64,000 bases of DNA from an uncultured Methanoregulaceae archaeon (GTDB lineage: Archaea > Halobacteriota > Methanomicrobia > Methanomicrobiales > Methanospirillaceae). The notes under the pieces are model-generated. The model ran no database searches, was not told the origin of the DNA, and worked only from the letters and a program-made list of their open reading frames with translations. This document shows, piece after piece, positions 39,665 to 49,547 of this stretch (position 1 is its first letter; each line of letters starts with the position of its first letter). Where the stretch lies: contig OY969564.1 in assembly GCA_963701095.1 (NCBI GenBank), positions 2,112,001-2,176,000 on the forward strand, read 5' to 3'. Made by a program: the position numbers and the translations under genes.

Positions 39665-40558
39665 TCATACCTTTTTGTCTTTCCGGATCAGCCAGAGCGC
39701 ATCTGCGACCTGAACAATCTCATTAAACCCACGAAGTACAGCTGTCCATCGTTCCGGGGCAGAATCAATTCCCCAGAACGACCCTGCCAGCGCACCACAA
39801 CATGCCCCGACTGTATCCGCATCTCCGCCAAGATTAATGGCAGAAAGAATCGCGTTTTCAAGGGAATGGGCATTCATGAAACAAAAAAGAGCCGCGTGAG
39901 AACACAAAACGGCATCAAGAGAAGGATCGGGCAGCCTTTGTTTGTAATTCCCCAGTACTGACAAGACTTCCTCGTTCCTGCACACCGACCGGGCATGGGA
40001 GAATGCTTGTCTCCTGGAGACCCCCCGGCACATATCGCTTGCCATCATTGTAAGCCAGGCTGAGCAGTGGCCTGCAACAGGATCAAAATGCGTGAGCTGA
40101 GAACAGGCTATGCTTACCTCGTATGCCATATCAGCCGGGTAAAAGATAGCAATCGGAAATCCCCGCATTACACTTCCGTTCGTCCGGCTCCCATGATGGC
40201 GCTTGTGAACAAGCCAAGCAGCATGGTGCGGCAGGGTACCGGAACGGATCAGATTAAAGAATGCTGAAGAAGTGGGACCGTACCATTCCGGTCGTTCCAA
40301 GTACCCGCAAAGGAGCCGCTGTACAAGGTCGGATGGATTAAAATCCCCGCATACGAGAAGGGATTTTGCGACCGCACATGCCTGAATTGTGTCGTCCGTG
40401 TACTGGCCGGCCGTACGGAAATGGCGCCCTCCGGGCCGCATATTTGTCACCCAGGCTTCAGGCTGGGGAGATCCTTCTAAGGGCGCACCCAATGCGTCTC
40501 CAATTGCGAGTCCCGCAAGCAATCCCCTTGGGTGAATGTATTCTCTTATAAATCTCAC
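39665..40558 (-). CDS. ADP-ribosylglycohydrolase (DraG/ARH family)
   Basis: GLAIGDALGAP.E, YTDDT, NGSVMR, TH, GGDADT. Confidence 0.92.
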   Translation of the reverse strand: MRFIREYIHPRGLLAGLAIGDALGAPLEGSPQPEAWVTNMRPGGRHFRTAGQYTDDTIQACAVAKSLLVCGDFNPSDLVQRLLCGYLERPEWYGPTSSAFFNLIRSGTLPHHAAWLVHKRHHGSRTNGSVMRGFPIAIFYPADMAYEVSIACSQLTHFDPVAGHCSAWLTMMASDMCRGVSRRQAFSHARSVCRNEEVLSVLGNYKQRLPDPSLDAVLCSHAALFCFMNAHSLENAILSAINLGGDADTVGACCGALAGSFWGIDSAPERWTAVLRGFNEIVQVADALWLIRKDKKV

Positions 40559-40612
40559 CAAAAAGGTATATCTGTCGTACGGAAAAATTAACTTTTCAGA
40601 GAAGGCGATAGT

Positions 40613-40891
40613 GTGCAAAAGGAAGAGTTACTGCATCTACATATGCTGATGGTACACATCAGGAAGTATTACGAGAACACTAGTAACGAGGAAATTGTTA
40701 CCGAACGATATGATGCTCTCGAAATATCGCCAGTACATATTCATAAAGATAAAAAAGCCCATAAAGATGCACTTCTCACCTTGGGTGAAGAAGTCGTGAA
40801 CCATATTAGCGGACATCACCACGTAAATGTGGTGAACTATTCTCCAAAGACTGCTACTGCACCGACTCAGCAGGCAGCAGTTGAACATTAA
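40613..40891 (+). CDS. UPF0058 family protein
   Basis: KEELLHLH, Y..L.ISP.HIHK.K..HK.A. Confidence 0.88.
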   Translation: MQKEELLHLHMLMVHIRKYYENTSNEEIVTERYDALEISPVHIHKDKKAHKDALLTLGEEVVNHISGHHHVNVVNYSPKTATAPTQQAAVEH

Positions 40892-40894
40892 GTC

Positions 40895-42477
40895 ATGGAT
40901 GAGGCTTTGGCAATCCGGGAGATTATCTCCCGCATCCTCTCCCTCCCACCAGGTGATGTGGGGATCGTTACCGCAAAAATTGAGATCTGTAGGAAGTACC
41001 GTTTGAGTACCGTTCCGAAGAACTCAACTATCCTTGCCGCAGCTACTGAAACAGAACGCGAGGATCTGCGGCGTGTCCTTTTGGTTAAACCTACCCGGAC
41101 CCTTTCAGGAGTCGCTCCTGTTGCAGTTATGACCTCGCCATATCCATGCCCGCATGGGCGTTGCCTGCCATGCCCGGGGGGACCTATGCATCCTTTTGGG
41201 TCCCCACAGAGTTACACCGGTGAGGAGCCTGCGGCAAAACGGGCGCGGGAACATGGTTACGATCCTTTCCTTCAGGTACATGCAAGACTTTGTCAGTTTG
41301 AGACACTGGGGCACCGTGTAGAAAAAGTGGAATTAATCGTAATGGGTGGGACGATGACTGCCCGTCCAGTCGATGTACCAGAATGAGTTTGTTGCCCGGT
41401 GTATAGAGGCTATGAATATGTACCCGGACGCCACGCCAGCAACAAAGGCACCCTCTACAACCGAAGTTGCGGATGCTAATGAGCGTGCTGACGTACGGTG
41501 TGTTGCGATTACCTTTGAAACGCGCCCTGACTGGTGCAAAAAAGAGCATATTAACCGGATGCTTGATCTTGGCGTCACAAAAGTAGAACTGGGTGTCCAG
41601 CACATCGATGACACAATTCTTGCATTCAACAGGAGAGGATGTACAGTTGCCGACACGGTTGAGGCTAACCGTCTCCTGCGGGATGCCGGGATCAAGGTCG
41701 GTTTCCACATGATGCCAAACCTGCCACATTCGACAATCGAATCTGACAGGGCGATGTTTGAGACAATTTTCTCTGATCCCCGGTTCAAGCCGGATTTTTT
41801 AAAAATTTACCCGACACTTGTAACGCCGGGTTCGGAAATAGAAGAACTCTGGGAGCTCAAGAGATACACCCCTTATGTTGAAGAACAGCTCATCGATTTA
41901 ATCGCGTATGCAAAAACACTTATCCCGGAGTATACGCGACTCTCGCAGAGTACAACGGGATATCCCGGCAAAACTGATAGTAGCCGGGTCCCGGCACTCC
42001 AATTTCCGCCAACTGGCCCAGAACAGGCTTGCTGCACAGGGAAGGCACTGCCGATGTATACGGTGCCGGGAGATAGGGAGGCTTCCTTCAGCTTTAGAAT
42101 CGGAAATTCGTGTAACCCATTACGAGTGCTGTGGCGGTACGGAACATTTTATATCTGCGGTGTCTGGAGACTCTCTTATTGGGTTTGCCAGGCTTCGTTT
42201 TCCCGCGAGTGAGTTCCGCGCCGAACTTCACAACGCAGCGCTTTTACGTGAGCTTCATATCTATGGCAGTCTCGTCCCGGTAGGTCTGGAAGCAGCAGAA
42301 ACAGATGAATGGCAGCACCGGAATTTTGGAAGAATTCTTCTCTTGCGCGCAGAAGAGATTGCCACTACAGCAGGATTTGGGCGCATGGCGATTATGAGCG
42401 GTATCGGTGTCCGGCCTTATTACCGGAGACAGGGATATGAGCGCCGGGGGCCCTATATGGTAAAGGAGATAACATGA
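40895..42477 (+). CDS. elp3: tRNA U34 carboxymethyltransferase Elp3 (radical SAM + GNAT), two frameshifts (~41375, ~41947)
   Basis: KPTRTLSGVAPVAVMT, CPHGRCLPCPGG, ETRPD, KIYPT, RDIP, C.CIRCRE, RELHIYG, GIGVR.YY. Confidence 0.95.
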
Positions 42478-43601
42478 ACCCGGCAACGACTGCATTTGTA
42501 CGACAGCGGTTCTTGGATTACTACCAGAAAGCAATGCTTGTCTCGCCGTCATCTCTTGAGCAACGTGAATGGGGTTTTGTCCTTTTCAACCCGGGAGCGA
42601 CCGAAATGAGGATGCACCGGCATATTGCATTTTTGGATCACCCGATGCTGTTTGATTATATCAGAAACCTCGTGCCTTCACATGTCTATTATTCGAGTGC
42701 TTATTATGAGAAACCCGATGCACCAACGATGGCAGAAAAAATCTGGTGCGGTGCTGATCTGATCTTCGATCTTGATGCAGACCATATTGTCAAGGGAGCC
42801 TATGACCAGATGCTATCCCGGGTTAAAACGGAAACGGAAAAATTGTTGGCAATGCTCAATGATGAACTAGGTATTGATCCAAAACAAATCGAACTGGTCT
42901 TTTCTGGGGGGCGGGGCTATCACGTTCATGTAAAGGATCTGGCTTTTCGCGGTTGGGGAAGTGCAGAAAGGCGGGAGCTTGTTGACTATATTTGTGGCAT
43001 AGGGCTTGATCCAGCTATACTGCTCAACGGATCGTTATCGATGTCCGGATGGCCCGTCAGGTTCCGGGTTGCACTAATTGAATATCTTGAATGGCTGGGA
43101 AGCGTGAAGGAAGAAGAGGCGATTGCGTATCTCACAACCCTTGAAGGAGTGGGAAAAGAATCTGCGTACGGATTTTTAAAAAAGCGCGCGGAGATGATAA
43201 GCACGCTCCGCGGTGAATTTGATTCGACGCTTCTCAAGGACAGGGTTATAAAAGCAATAATTCACGAAACCGAAGGGGAGTTCCGGAAGCGTTTAAATGA
43301 CAAGGCTGCCCTTGCAGATGAGCCGGTTACTACCGATATTAAGCGCCTGATCAGGATGCCGACCTCACTTCACGGAGGGAGCGGTATGAGAGTGCAACCG
43401 CTTGAAGTGAGGGACCTTACCGATTTTGATCCCCTTGTTGATGCCGTGGTCTTTTCAGACCGTGATGTAAGGGTAGATGTACGGTTTCCACTAACCATGC
43501 CGATGCTTGGAAGCACTTATCAGATCCAAAAAGGGATTTCTAAAGTACCTGAGGCAGTGGCAGTTTTCCTCTGTAGTCGCGGCATCGCGGAAATTGCTTG
43601 A
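42474..43601 (+). CDS. priS: DNA primase catalytic subunit
   Basis: REWGF, YYS.AYY, FDLDAD, FSGGRGYHVH, D..VTTDIKRLIRMP.SLHG. Confidence 0.96.
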   Translation: MNPATTAFVRQRFLDYYQKAMLVSPSSLEQREWGFVLFNPGATEMRMHRHIAFLDHPMLFDYIRNLVPSHVYYSSAYYEKPDAPTMAEKIWCGADLIFDLDADHIVKGAYDQMLSRVKTETEKLLAMLNDELGIDPKQIELVFSGGRGYHVHVKDLAFRGWGSAERRELVDYICGIGLDPAILLNGSLSMSGWPVRFRVALIEYLEWLGSVKEEEAIAYLTTLEGVGKESAYGFLKKRAEMISTLRGEFDSTLLKDRVIKAIIHETEGEFRKRLNDKAALADEPVTTDIKRLIRMPTSLHGGSGMRVQPLEVRDLTDFDPLVDAVVFSDRDVRVDVRFPLTMPMLGSTYQIQKGISKVPEAVAVFLCSRGIAEIA

Positions 43602-43628
43602 AAATTACAACTCGATCGGGTACCTTTC

Positions 43629-44321
43629 ATGGGATTTGATGATCTTCGCAGTATACTGCTTACCGAACGCGAAACAGGCAAACTGATCCAGATATCACCA
43701 GATATCTTCGATCGAACCCATGTTGAAATTGCAGATCTCCTCAAAAAAGTCTACGCAATCGAGGACCCCCTTTCCGAAGAAGCCCGGGCCCTTATCGAGG
43801 AAACTATTGCAATCAAAGAGACAATGCATGAGCTCTTCGCCATCCGCTCACGTAAGATACTCGCACTTGCGCTTATGCATGCAGAAGGGAATTATTACGA
43901 CCGTGAAGAAGTAAAAAGGATGCTGCCGGCCGAGCACGGGATGTTTGACCGGATTGCTGCCGGACTTCTGGAATGCCAGAATATCCTTCTTCACAATGAA
44001 AAACTACCTCTTGTCTCTGCGCCATCAACAACATCTTCAGAAATCGAGATAAATGATGAGGAAGAGGAATTGAATGAGGAGGAAAATCTGCCTGAAACAG
44101 GAAGGCAAGTGCCCCTGGCTCCTTTCTCTGCAGCTACTCAAACCCTTTCTCCCCCTTATATGCTCGTACGGGTAATCGAGGGGATTGATACCTTCATGGG
44201 GGTCGATGGGAGGAACTACTCTCTTACAAAAGGCGATATTGCAACGCTCCCCGAAAGAAATGCATCTGTTCTTAGCGACAGGAACCTTGTAATTCCTATT
44301 ATTCTCCAGTCGGGCAAGTGA
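43629..44321 (+). CDS. GINS (Gins51-like) subunit
   Basis: Helical A-domain with R..KI, acidic linker, B-domain FMGVDG..Y.L.KGD..LP..NA; position after priS. Confidence 0.75.
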   Translation: MGFDDLRSILLTERETGKLIQISPDIFDRTHVEIADLLKKVYAIEDPLSEEARALIEETIAIKETMHELFAIRSRKILALALMHAEGNYYDREEVKRMLPAEHGMFDRIAAGLLECQNILLHNEKLPLVSAPSTTSSEIEINDEEEELNEEENLPETGRQVPLAPFSAATQTLSPPYMLVRVIEGIDTFMGVDGRNYSLTKGDIATLPERNASVLSDRNLVIPIILQSGK

Positions 44322-44456
44322 CCGGGATTATTTTAGGATAATGTAGAAATGTGGCAAACCGATCAGGATCAGATATACGGATAATCTAACCTAATCTTTT
44401 TAACATTCAGGTGCGAAAACCTTAACACTCTTCGCCACGATGAGGATCGAATTAGG

Positions 44457-44480
44457 ACAGGACGTGAATGTCCTGTTTTG
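44457..44480 (+). terminator. hairpin + T tract downstream of the priS-gins genes
   Basis: ACAGGAC-GTGAAT-GTCCTGT-TTT. Confidence 0.35.
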
Positions 44481-44559
44481 TGGGTGAACCCATATCTTAA
44501 ATATGAACCTTAGTAAATAATACTGGGATTCAATAATCAGTATAATCGGTGAAACCATC

Positions 44560-44838
44560 ATGAAAATGCCAGTGAAATTCAAGACATATTGTCCTTTCTG
44601 CAGAAATCACCAGACCCATGAAGTGGAAAAGGTCAAGAAGAGTAAGACGACCGGCCTCCACTGGATTGATCGTCAGAAAGGACGCAGAGGTAAAGTAGGT
44701 AACATGGGCAAGTTCTCGAAAGTCCCTGGAGGCGACAAGCCCACTAAGAAGATCAATGTCAGGTACCGTTGTACCGTTTGTGGGAAAGCCCACCTGCGTA
44801 AGGGATACCGTGTTGCCAAGTTTGAGTTGACGGAGTGA
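44560..44838 (+). CDS. rpl44e: 50S ribosomal protein L44e (eL42)
   Basis: MKMP...YCPFC..H..H, KPTKK, CTVCGK. Confidence 0.97.
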   Translation: MKMPVKFKTYCPFCRNHQTHEVEKVKKSKTTGLHWIDRQKGRRGKVGNMGKFSKVPGGDKPTKKINVRYRCTVCGKAHLRKGYRVAKFELTE

Positions 44839-44843
44839 GAAAT

Positions 44844-45032
44844 ATGGTACGTGAAGCACGAGCGAACCGGAGCAGTTTTTTAAAAGTAAAATGCCCGGAC
44901 TGTGATAATGAGCAGCTTGTCTTTTCAAAGGCAAGCACGATAGTGAAATGTGTTGTCTGTGGACACGATCTCGCGACTCCTGCAGGCGGAAAGGCGAATT
45001 TAAAGGCTGAGATCATATCAGAGTTTAAGTGA
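44844..45032 (+). CDS. rps27e: 30S ribosomal protein S27e
   Basis: FLKVKCPDC.NEQ.VF, CVVCG..LA.P.GGKA. Confidence 0.97.
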   Translation: MVREARANRSSFLKVKCPDCDNEQLVFSKASTIVKCVVCGHDLATPAGGKANLKAEIISEFK

Positions 45033-45039
45033 GCCTCAC

Positions 45040-45828
45040 ATGCTGGATAGAGAGTGGCCCCAAGAATCTGAACTTGTTGTCTGCACCGTAGAAAATGTCA
45101 AAGATTTCGTGGCGTTCGTATCACTAGACGAGTATGGGGGCAGACAGGGGCTCATCCCCATCTCTGAAATTGCAACTGGTTGGATAAAATATATCCGCGA
45201 TCACATACGGGAAGGACAGAAAATTGTCTGTAAAGTCCTCAATGTCGACCGGAATCGAGGTCATATCGACCTCTCTTTAAAGGATGTCAATGAGCACCAG
45301 CGGCGAGAAAAAATCCGCGAGTGGAAAAACGAGTCCAAAGCCCGGAAGTGGATTGGTTTTGTTGCAGAGAAATCCGGCGAACCCGCTACAGCTATAGAAG
45401 ATGCAATTTTCGAGAAATACGGAGAACTGTATGCGGTTTTTGAGGATGTTGTCACAGATAGTGAAGCAACCATCAAAAAGCTTGGGCTCTCCAAAAAGAC
45501 AGGCGAAGCGCTGGTGCATATTGCTCACGAGAGCGTCAAGATACCCAAAGTTGAAGTAACCGGCCAGTTAGAGCTTATGTCCGCCGCACCCGACGGTGTA
45601 ATGGTCATACGTAATGCTTTAAAAAAGGCAAGTGAATCTAAAACTGCCGGCGCAGATATTGAATTATTGTACTTAGGTGCACCCGTTTACCGGATCAAGG
45701 TGACAGCAGCCGATTATAAAAAAGCGGAAAAAGCCCTTGAAAAAGCAGCTAATGCTGCAATTGCTGTCCTTGAAAAGGAAGGTGGCGAAGGGAAACTCAC
45801 AAAAAAACCCAAGTCCGGGAAAAGCTAA
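45040..45828 (+). CDS. eif2a: translation initiation factor aIF2 alpha
   Basis: S1 domain, ISEIATGWIK.IRD, HIDLSLK, GAP.YRI. Confidence 0.96.
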   Translation: MLDREWPQESELVVCTVENVKDFVAFVSLDEYGGRQGLIPISEIATGWIKYIRDHIREGQKIVCKVLNVDRNRGHIDLSLKDVNEHQRREKIREWKNESKARKWIGFVAEKSGEPATAIEDAIFEKYGELYAVFEDVVTDSEATIKKLGLSKKTGEALVHIAHESVKIPKVEVTGQLELMSAAPDGVMVIRNALKKASESKTAGADIELLYLGAPVYRIKVTAADYKKAEKALEKAANAAIAVLEKEGGEGKLTKKPKSGKS

Positions 45829-45992
45829 TGAGCGGAAGAATCCGTCGCTGCAGTGCAGATAACACCTATACTCTTTCTCTTAATTGTCCGCTATGTGGCA
45901 GGCAGACCTCAACAGCACATCCAGCGAGGTTTTCGATTCAGGATCATTTCGGTAAGTACCGACGGGCAGCAAAAGAAAGGACTGAGAAATGA
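45828..45992 (+). CDS. nop10: H/ACA RNP protein Nop10 (below the ORF-track cutoff)
   Basis: MSGRIRRC...YTL...CPLCG....AHPARFS.QD.FGKYRR, 54 aa. Confidence 0.93.
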   Translation: MSGRIRRCSADNTYTLSLNCPLCGRQTSTAHPARFSIQDHFGKYRRAAKERTEK

Positions 45993-46747
45993 TTGACGAC
46001 ATTAGTATCCGATATCTGGATACTTTCACGGACAGGAATCTAACAGATCCGGTCCTAATCGGTGGGCTACCGGGTATAGGTCAGGTGGGAAAACTTGTTG
46101 CCGAGTATATGATTCATATGCTTGGAGCAGAAAAAATTGGGGAAATTCACTCGATCTATCTTCCTCCACAAGTCATTATTGAAGAAAATGGCATTGCCCG
46201 CCTTCCACGAAACGAACTATACCTGTACAAAGCAGAAAACCGTCATGTTGTTTTCCTCGTAGGTGATTTCCAGAGTACCTCAAACGAAGGACACTACCTC
46301 ATGGCCGATGCATATCTCGATATCGCTGTTGAGCTAGGGATAAAACTTATCTATACCCTTGGGGGGTTCGGCGTCGGGCACCTTGTTTATGCACCAAGGG
46401 TTTTTGGTGCTACAAACCGTGAATTTCTCAAGGTCGGCCTAATGGATGCAGGTGTGATATTTGAACGTGATGACCCGGGTGGTGGAATCGTTGGTGCGGC
46501 AGGTCTCCTTATTGGCATGGGAGGTATGCGGAACATTGATGCGGTTTGTCTTATGGGTGAAACAAGTGGTTATGTTGTCGATCCAATGAGCGCTGCAAGC
46601 GTCCTTCTGATTCTTTCAAAACTCATCTCTGTACCTGTTGATCCCACCCAATTGAATGACCGGGCGGCTGAGATGGAAAAAGTCGTGCAGGGTCTTATCG
46701 AAAGTGAGAGGAGCCAGCATGATGAAGAGCTGAGTTATATCGGCTGA
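45989..46747 (+). CDS. PAC2-family proteasome assembly chaperone
   Basis: GLPGIG.VGKL, YTLGG, GGIVGAAGLL, LMGETSGY.VDP, C-terminal YIG. Confidence 0.9.
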   Translation: MIDDISIRYLDTFTDRNLTDPVLIGGLPGIGQVGKLVAEYMIHMLGAEKIGEIHSIYLPPQVIIEENGIARLPRNELYLYKAENRHVVFLVGDFQSTSNEGHYLMADAYLDIAVELGIKLIYTLGGFGVGHLVYAPRVFGATNREFLKVGLMDAGVIFERDDPGGGIVGAAGLLIGMGGMRNIDAVCLMGETSGYVVDPMSAASVLLILSKLISVPVDPTQLNDRAAEMEKVVQGLIESERSQHDEELSYIG

Positions 46748-46887
46748 GACTATACTGCGCACCTTTCACTTACAATCAGGAATAATACCTGGTTGTAGTC
46801 CTTTTCTTATTAGAATCAGGTTGTTTTATAAGCCTATGCAGTCCTGACTTATATATTGCGCAAATATACTAGTCCCGGTGCATTGGA

Positions 46888-48276
46888 ATGCTCTCCGTAA
46901 TGGTTGTTGATGACGATCCTGCGATTCTGGAGGTTACGCAGCTGGCGCTGGAGCGTGCCCATGAGATTTCTGTCTTTCCGGTCAGCTCTGCCCGAGAGGC
47001 TCTTAGCGTACTCCAGAAAAGCAGCTTCGATGTCATCGTCCTGGATTATGATCTCCCGGAGATCAATGGTATTGAGTTTTTAAAGATCTTGAGGAGTAAA
47101 GGAGATGTCACTCCGGTAATTATTTTCACCGGAGTAGGGCGTGAACATGCGGCGATCGCTGCCCTCAATAATGGTGCCAATTTCTTTTTACAAAAAGGAG
47201 AAAATACGGATATGCCGTTTATCGAGCTGCAACGGATGATCCGGCACGCAGTCGATCAGAGGTTTATGGGAAAGGCAAAGGGTCTGACCAGAAAGATAGT
47301 TTTTGATCTTATCAATTTCTCTCTTGATGCCGAATTTGCAATTGATCCAGATGGAAACGTTCTTGCATGGAACAGGGCTATCGAGCAATTAACCGGTGTT
47401 CCTTCACAAACATTAGCGGATAAAGGAAATTTCGTCTACGCTGAGCCTTTTTTCGGAAAACGCCAGAAAATGCTCATCGATATGGTTTTTTTCTCTGAGG
47501 ATTCCATAAGGAAAGCCCGGTATATGGTAATCAGCAAGGAAAAAAATGGGTCTGTTGTTGCTGTGACCCGTGCACGTAAGCCAGACGGGACAGAATGGAC
47601 TCTCTGGATGAAGGCGACCCCTCTCTTTGATAACCGTGGTGAGTTCGTTGCAGCCGCCTGCATCATCAGGGATGTAACCTCAACATTCAAAGACGTGAGT
47701 ATTGAAGAAGAAGCAACCAATACAATCCATCCCGCTCCTGAATCTACAAAAAGTGAATCTGATGTATCAGGAAGCAGTTTCATTGACAGAATCCTCGGCA
47801 AGGCGATGGTGCAATATAAAGAAGGTGTAAACCTCTACTCGCGAGCACGCAATTATCGTGCAGCAGTCGAAGCATTTGACCGGGCGATTGAGATCGATCC
47901 AAAACTTCCCCATGTGTGGAATGACCGGGGGATTTGTCTCCGGGCATTAGGGGAATATGACGAAGCACTCAAATCATTCTTAAGGGCGGTGGAATTGGCT
48001 CCAGGGAATGCTGAGATATTATACGAACTCGGAGAAACGCTTGAGCAGATGGGGGTTTTGCAAATGAATAATAAGTATCTCGAAGCTGCTGTTGAAACGT
48101 TTAAAATGGTAGTCAATCTGCTGCCCAATAACATGGACTCCTGGAATAAAATTGGCATCTGCTTGAAGGAACTGAGTCGATCAGAAGAGTCGAAATTTTA
48201 TTTTGGCCGGGCCAGAGATATCAAGCTCTGGAAGAAGGATACACCGGTTCCCCGGAAACGCAATGATTTTCTCTAG
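46888..48276 (+). CDS. receiver-PAS-TPR protein
   Basis: VMVVDDD, LDYDLP, PAS (AID..G..LAWN), C-terminal TPRs. Confidence 0.88.
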   Translation: MLSVMVVDDDPAILEVTQLALERAHEISVFPVSSAREALSVLQKSSFDVIVLDYDLPEINGIEFLKILRSKGDVTPVIIFTGVGREHAAIAALNNGANFFLQKGENTDMPFIELQRMIRHAVDQRFMGKAKGLTRKIVFDLINFSLDAEFAIDPDGNVLAWNRAIEQLTGVPSQTLADKGNFVYAEPFFGKRQKMLIDMVFFSEDSIRKARYMVISKEKNGSVVAVTRARKPDGTEWTLWMKATPLFDNRGEFVAAACIIRDVTSTFKDVSIEEEATNTIHPAPESTKSESDVSGSSFIDRILGKAMVQYKEGVNLYSRARNYRAAVEAFDRAIEIDPKLPHVWNDRGICLRALGEYDEALKSFLRAVELAPGNAEILYELGETLEQMGVLQMNNKYLEAAVETFKMVVNLLPNNMDSWNKIGICLKELSRSEESKFYFGRARDIKLWKKDTPVPRKRNDFL

Positions 48277-48360
48277 GGCTCAGAGAAACGGGGGTAATCC
48301 CCGTGGAACTTCATGCGCATTCCTCTTATATGCTTGCATGGCGTAATCTGGGATGTACAC

Positions 48361-49482
48361 ATGCTTGCAAATGCCGATTTGCATATTCACTCTCCTTTCT
48401 CTATGGCTGTATCGCGTGCTATGCATCCGGAAAAACTTCTTAATGCATGTGCCTTAAAGGGCCTGCACGTTCTTGGAACCGGCGATGCCCTGCACCCTGC
48501 CTGGCAGGAGGAATGGAAACCATTTCTTTCGAATTCGCAAGGGATCTGTGTTATTCCAACAGGAGAAATAGAGGATGACCATCGGGTCCATCATCTCATC
48601 CTTGCCGAGGATTTCGGTCAGTTTGATCAGCTCCGCGATCTTCTGTCACAAAATAGCAGAAGTATTGGAACGAACGGTCGACCCCACGTGTTCCTATCCG
48701 GGGAAGCGATAGCCCAAAGAGTACATGAGGTTGGTGCCCTCATTGGCCCGGCCCATGCATTTACACCTTGGACTGCACTTTTTGCGTACCACGATTCAGT
48801 CGCCGGCTGTTACGGGAAAGAATCAATCAATTTCATGGAACTTGGGCTCTCGGCTGATAGTTCGTATGGCGCAGGTATCCCGGATCTTTCTGATGTGCCA
48901 TTCCTCACAAACTCGGATGCTCACAGCCCACTTCCCGAGAAGATCGGTCGCGAGTTTAATAAGATACAGGTTTCCGGCAATCTTACCCCTCGGAATTTAC
49001 TCAATTGCATCAGCGCCGGAACTATTACGATGAACGCCGGTTTTTTCCCTGAAGAAGGAAAGTACAACCGTACCGCCTGCGTCCGCTGCTTTACCCAGTA
49101 TTCTGTCGAAGATGCCGGACGGTATAACTGGCGTTGTCCTGCAGACAATGGCCTCATTAAAAAAGGTGTTTATGACCGCGCTCGTGAGCTGTCTCACGGC
49201 ACTCCCCGACAACGCCCTCCGTATCTTCACCTTATACCACTCGGGCAAATAATCCAGACCATTGAAGGTGTCTCATCCCCCCAGACTAAGAAATGCCGTG
49301 AGATCTATAATGAATTTATAACGACATTCGGAAATGAGATTGATATTCTCATCTCGACTCCTTTATCAGAGATCAGGATGGTCCATAACGGAGTTGCCGA
49401 TGCAATCGCAGCTTTGAGGGAGAACCACGTGATCCTTCATCCTGGCGGTGGAGGAAAATATGGCACATTCTCTCTTTTATAA
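48361..49482 (+). CDS. endonuclease Q family (PHP + Zn)
   Basis: ADLHIHS, GTGDALHP, GPAHAFTPW, NSDAHS, GKYN.TAC..C, GGGGKYG. Confidence 0.9.
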   Translation: MLANADLHIHSPFSMAVSRAMHPEKLLNACALKGLHVLGTGDALHPAWQEEWKPFLSNSQGICVIPTGEIEDDHRVHHLILAEDFGQFDQLRDLLSQNSRSIGTNGRPHVFLSGEAIAQRVHEVGALIGPAHAFTPWTALFAYHDSVAGCYGKESINFMELGLSADSSYGAGIPDLSDVPFLTNSDAHSPLPEKIGREFNKIQVSGNLTPRNLLNCISAGTITMNAGFFPEEGKYNRTACVRCFTQYSVEDAGRYNWRCPADNGLIKKGVYDRARELSHGTPRQRPPYLHLIPLGQIIQTIEGVSSPQTKKCREIYNEFITTFGNEIDILISTPLSEIRMVHNGVADAIAALRENHVILHPGGGGKYGTFSLL

Positions 49483-49529
49483 AAATTCCAAAAAGTTTTC
49501 GGGAAATGCTGATTATTGAATTTTACTGT

Positions 49530-49537
49530 AAAAAAAA
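49530..49537 (-). terminator. oligo-T terminator of glnA
   Basis: A8 on + (T8 on -) 10 nt after the glnA stop. Confidence 0.5.
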
Positions 49538-49547
49538 GAGAAGGTAA

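Noticed and set aside
39665..40891. ADP-ribosylglycohydrolase + UPF0058 as a toxin-antitoxin or defence pair
   Set aside because: The genes are divergent, no ADP-ribosyltransferase is nearby, and the context is housekeeping.
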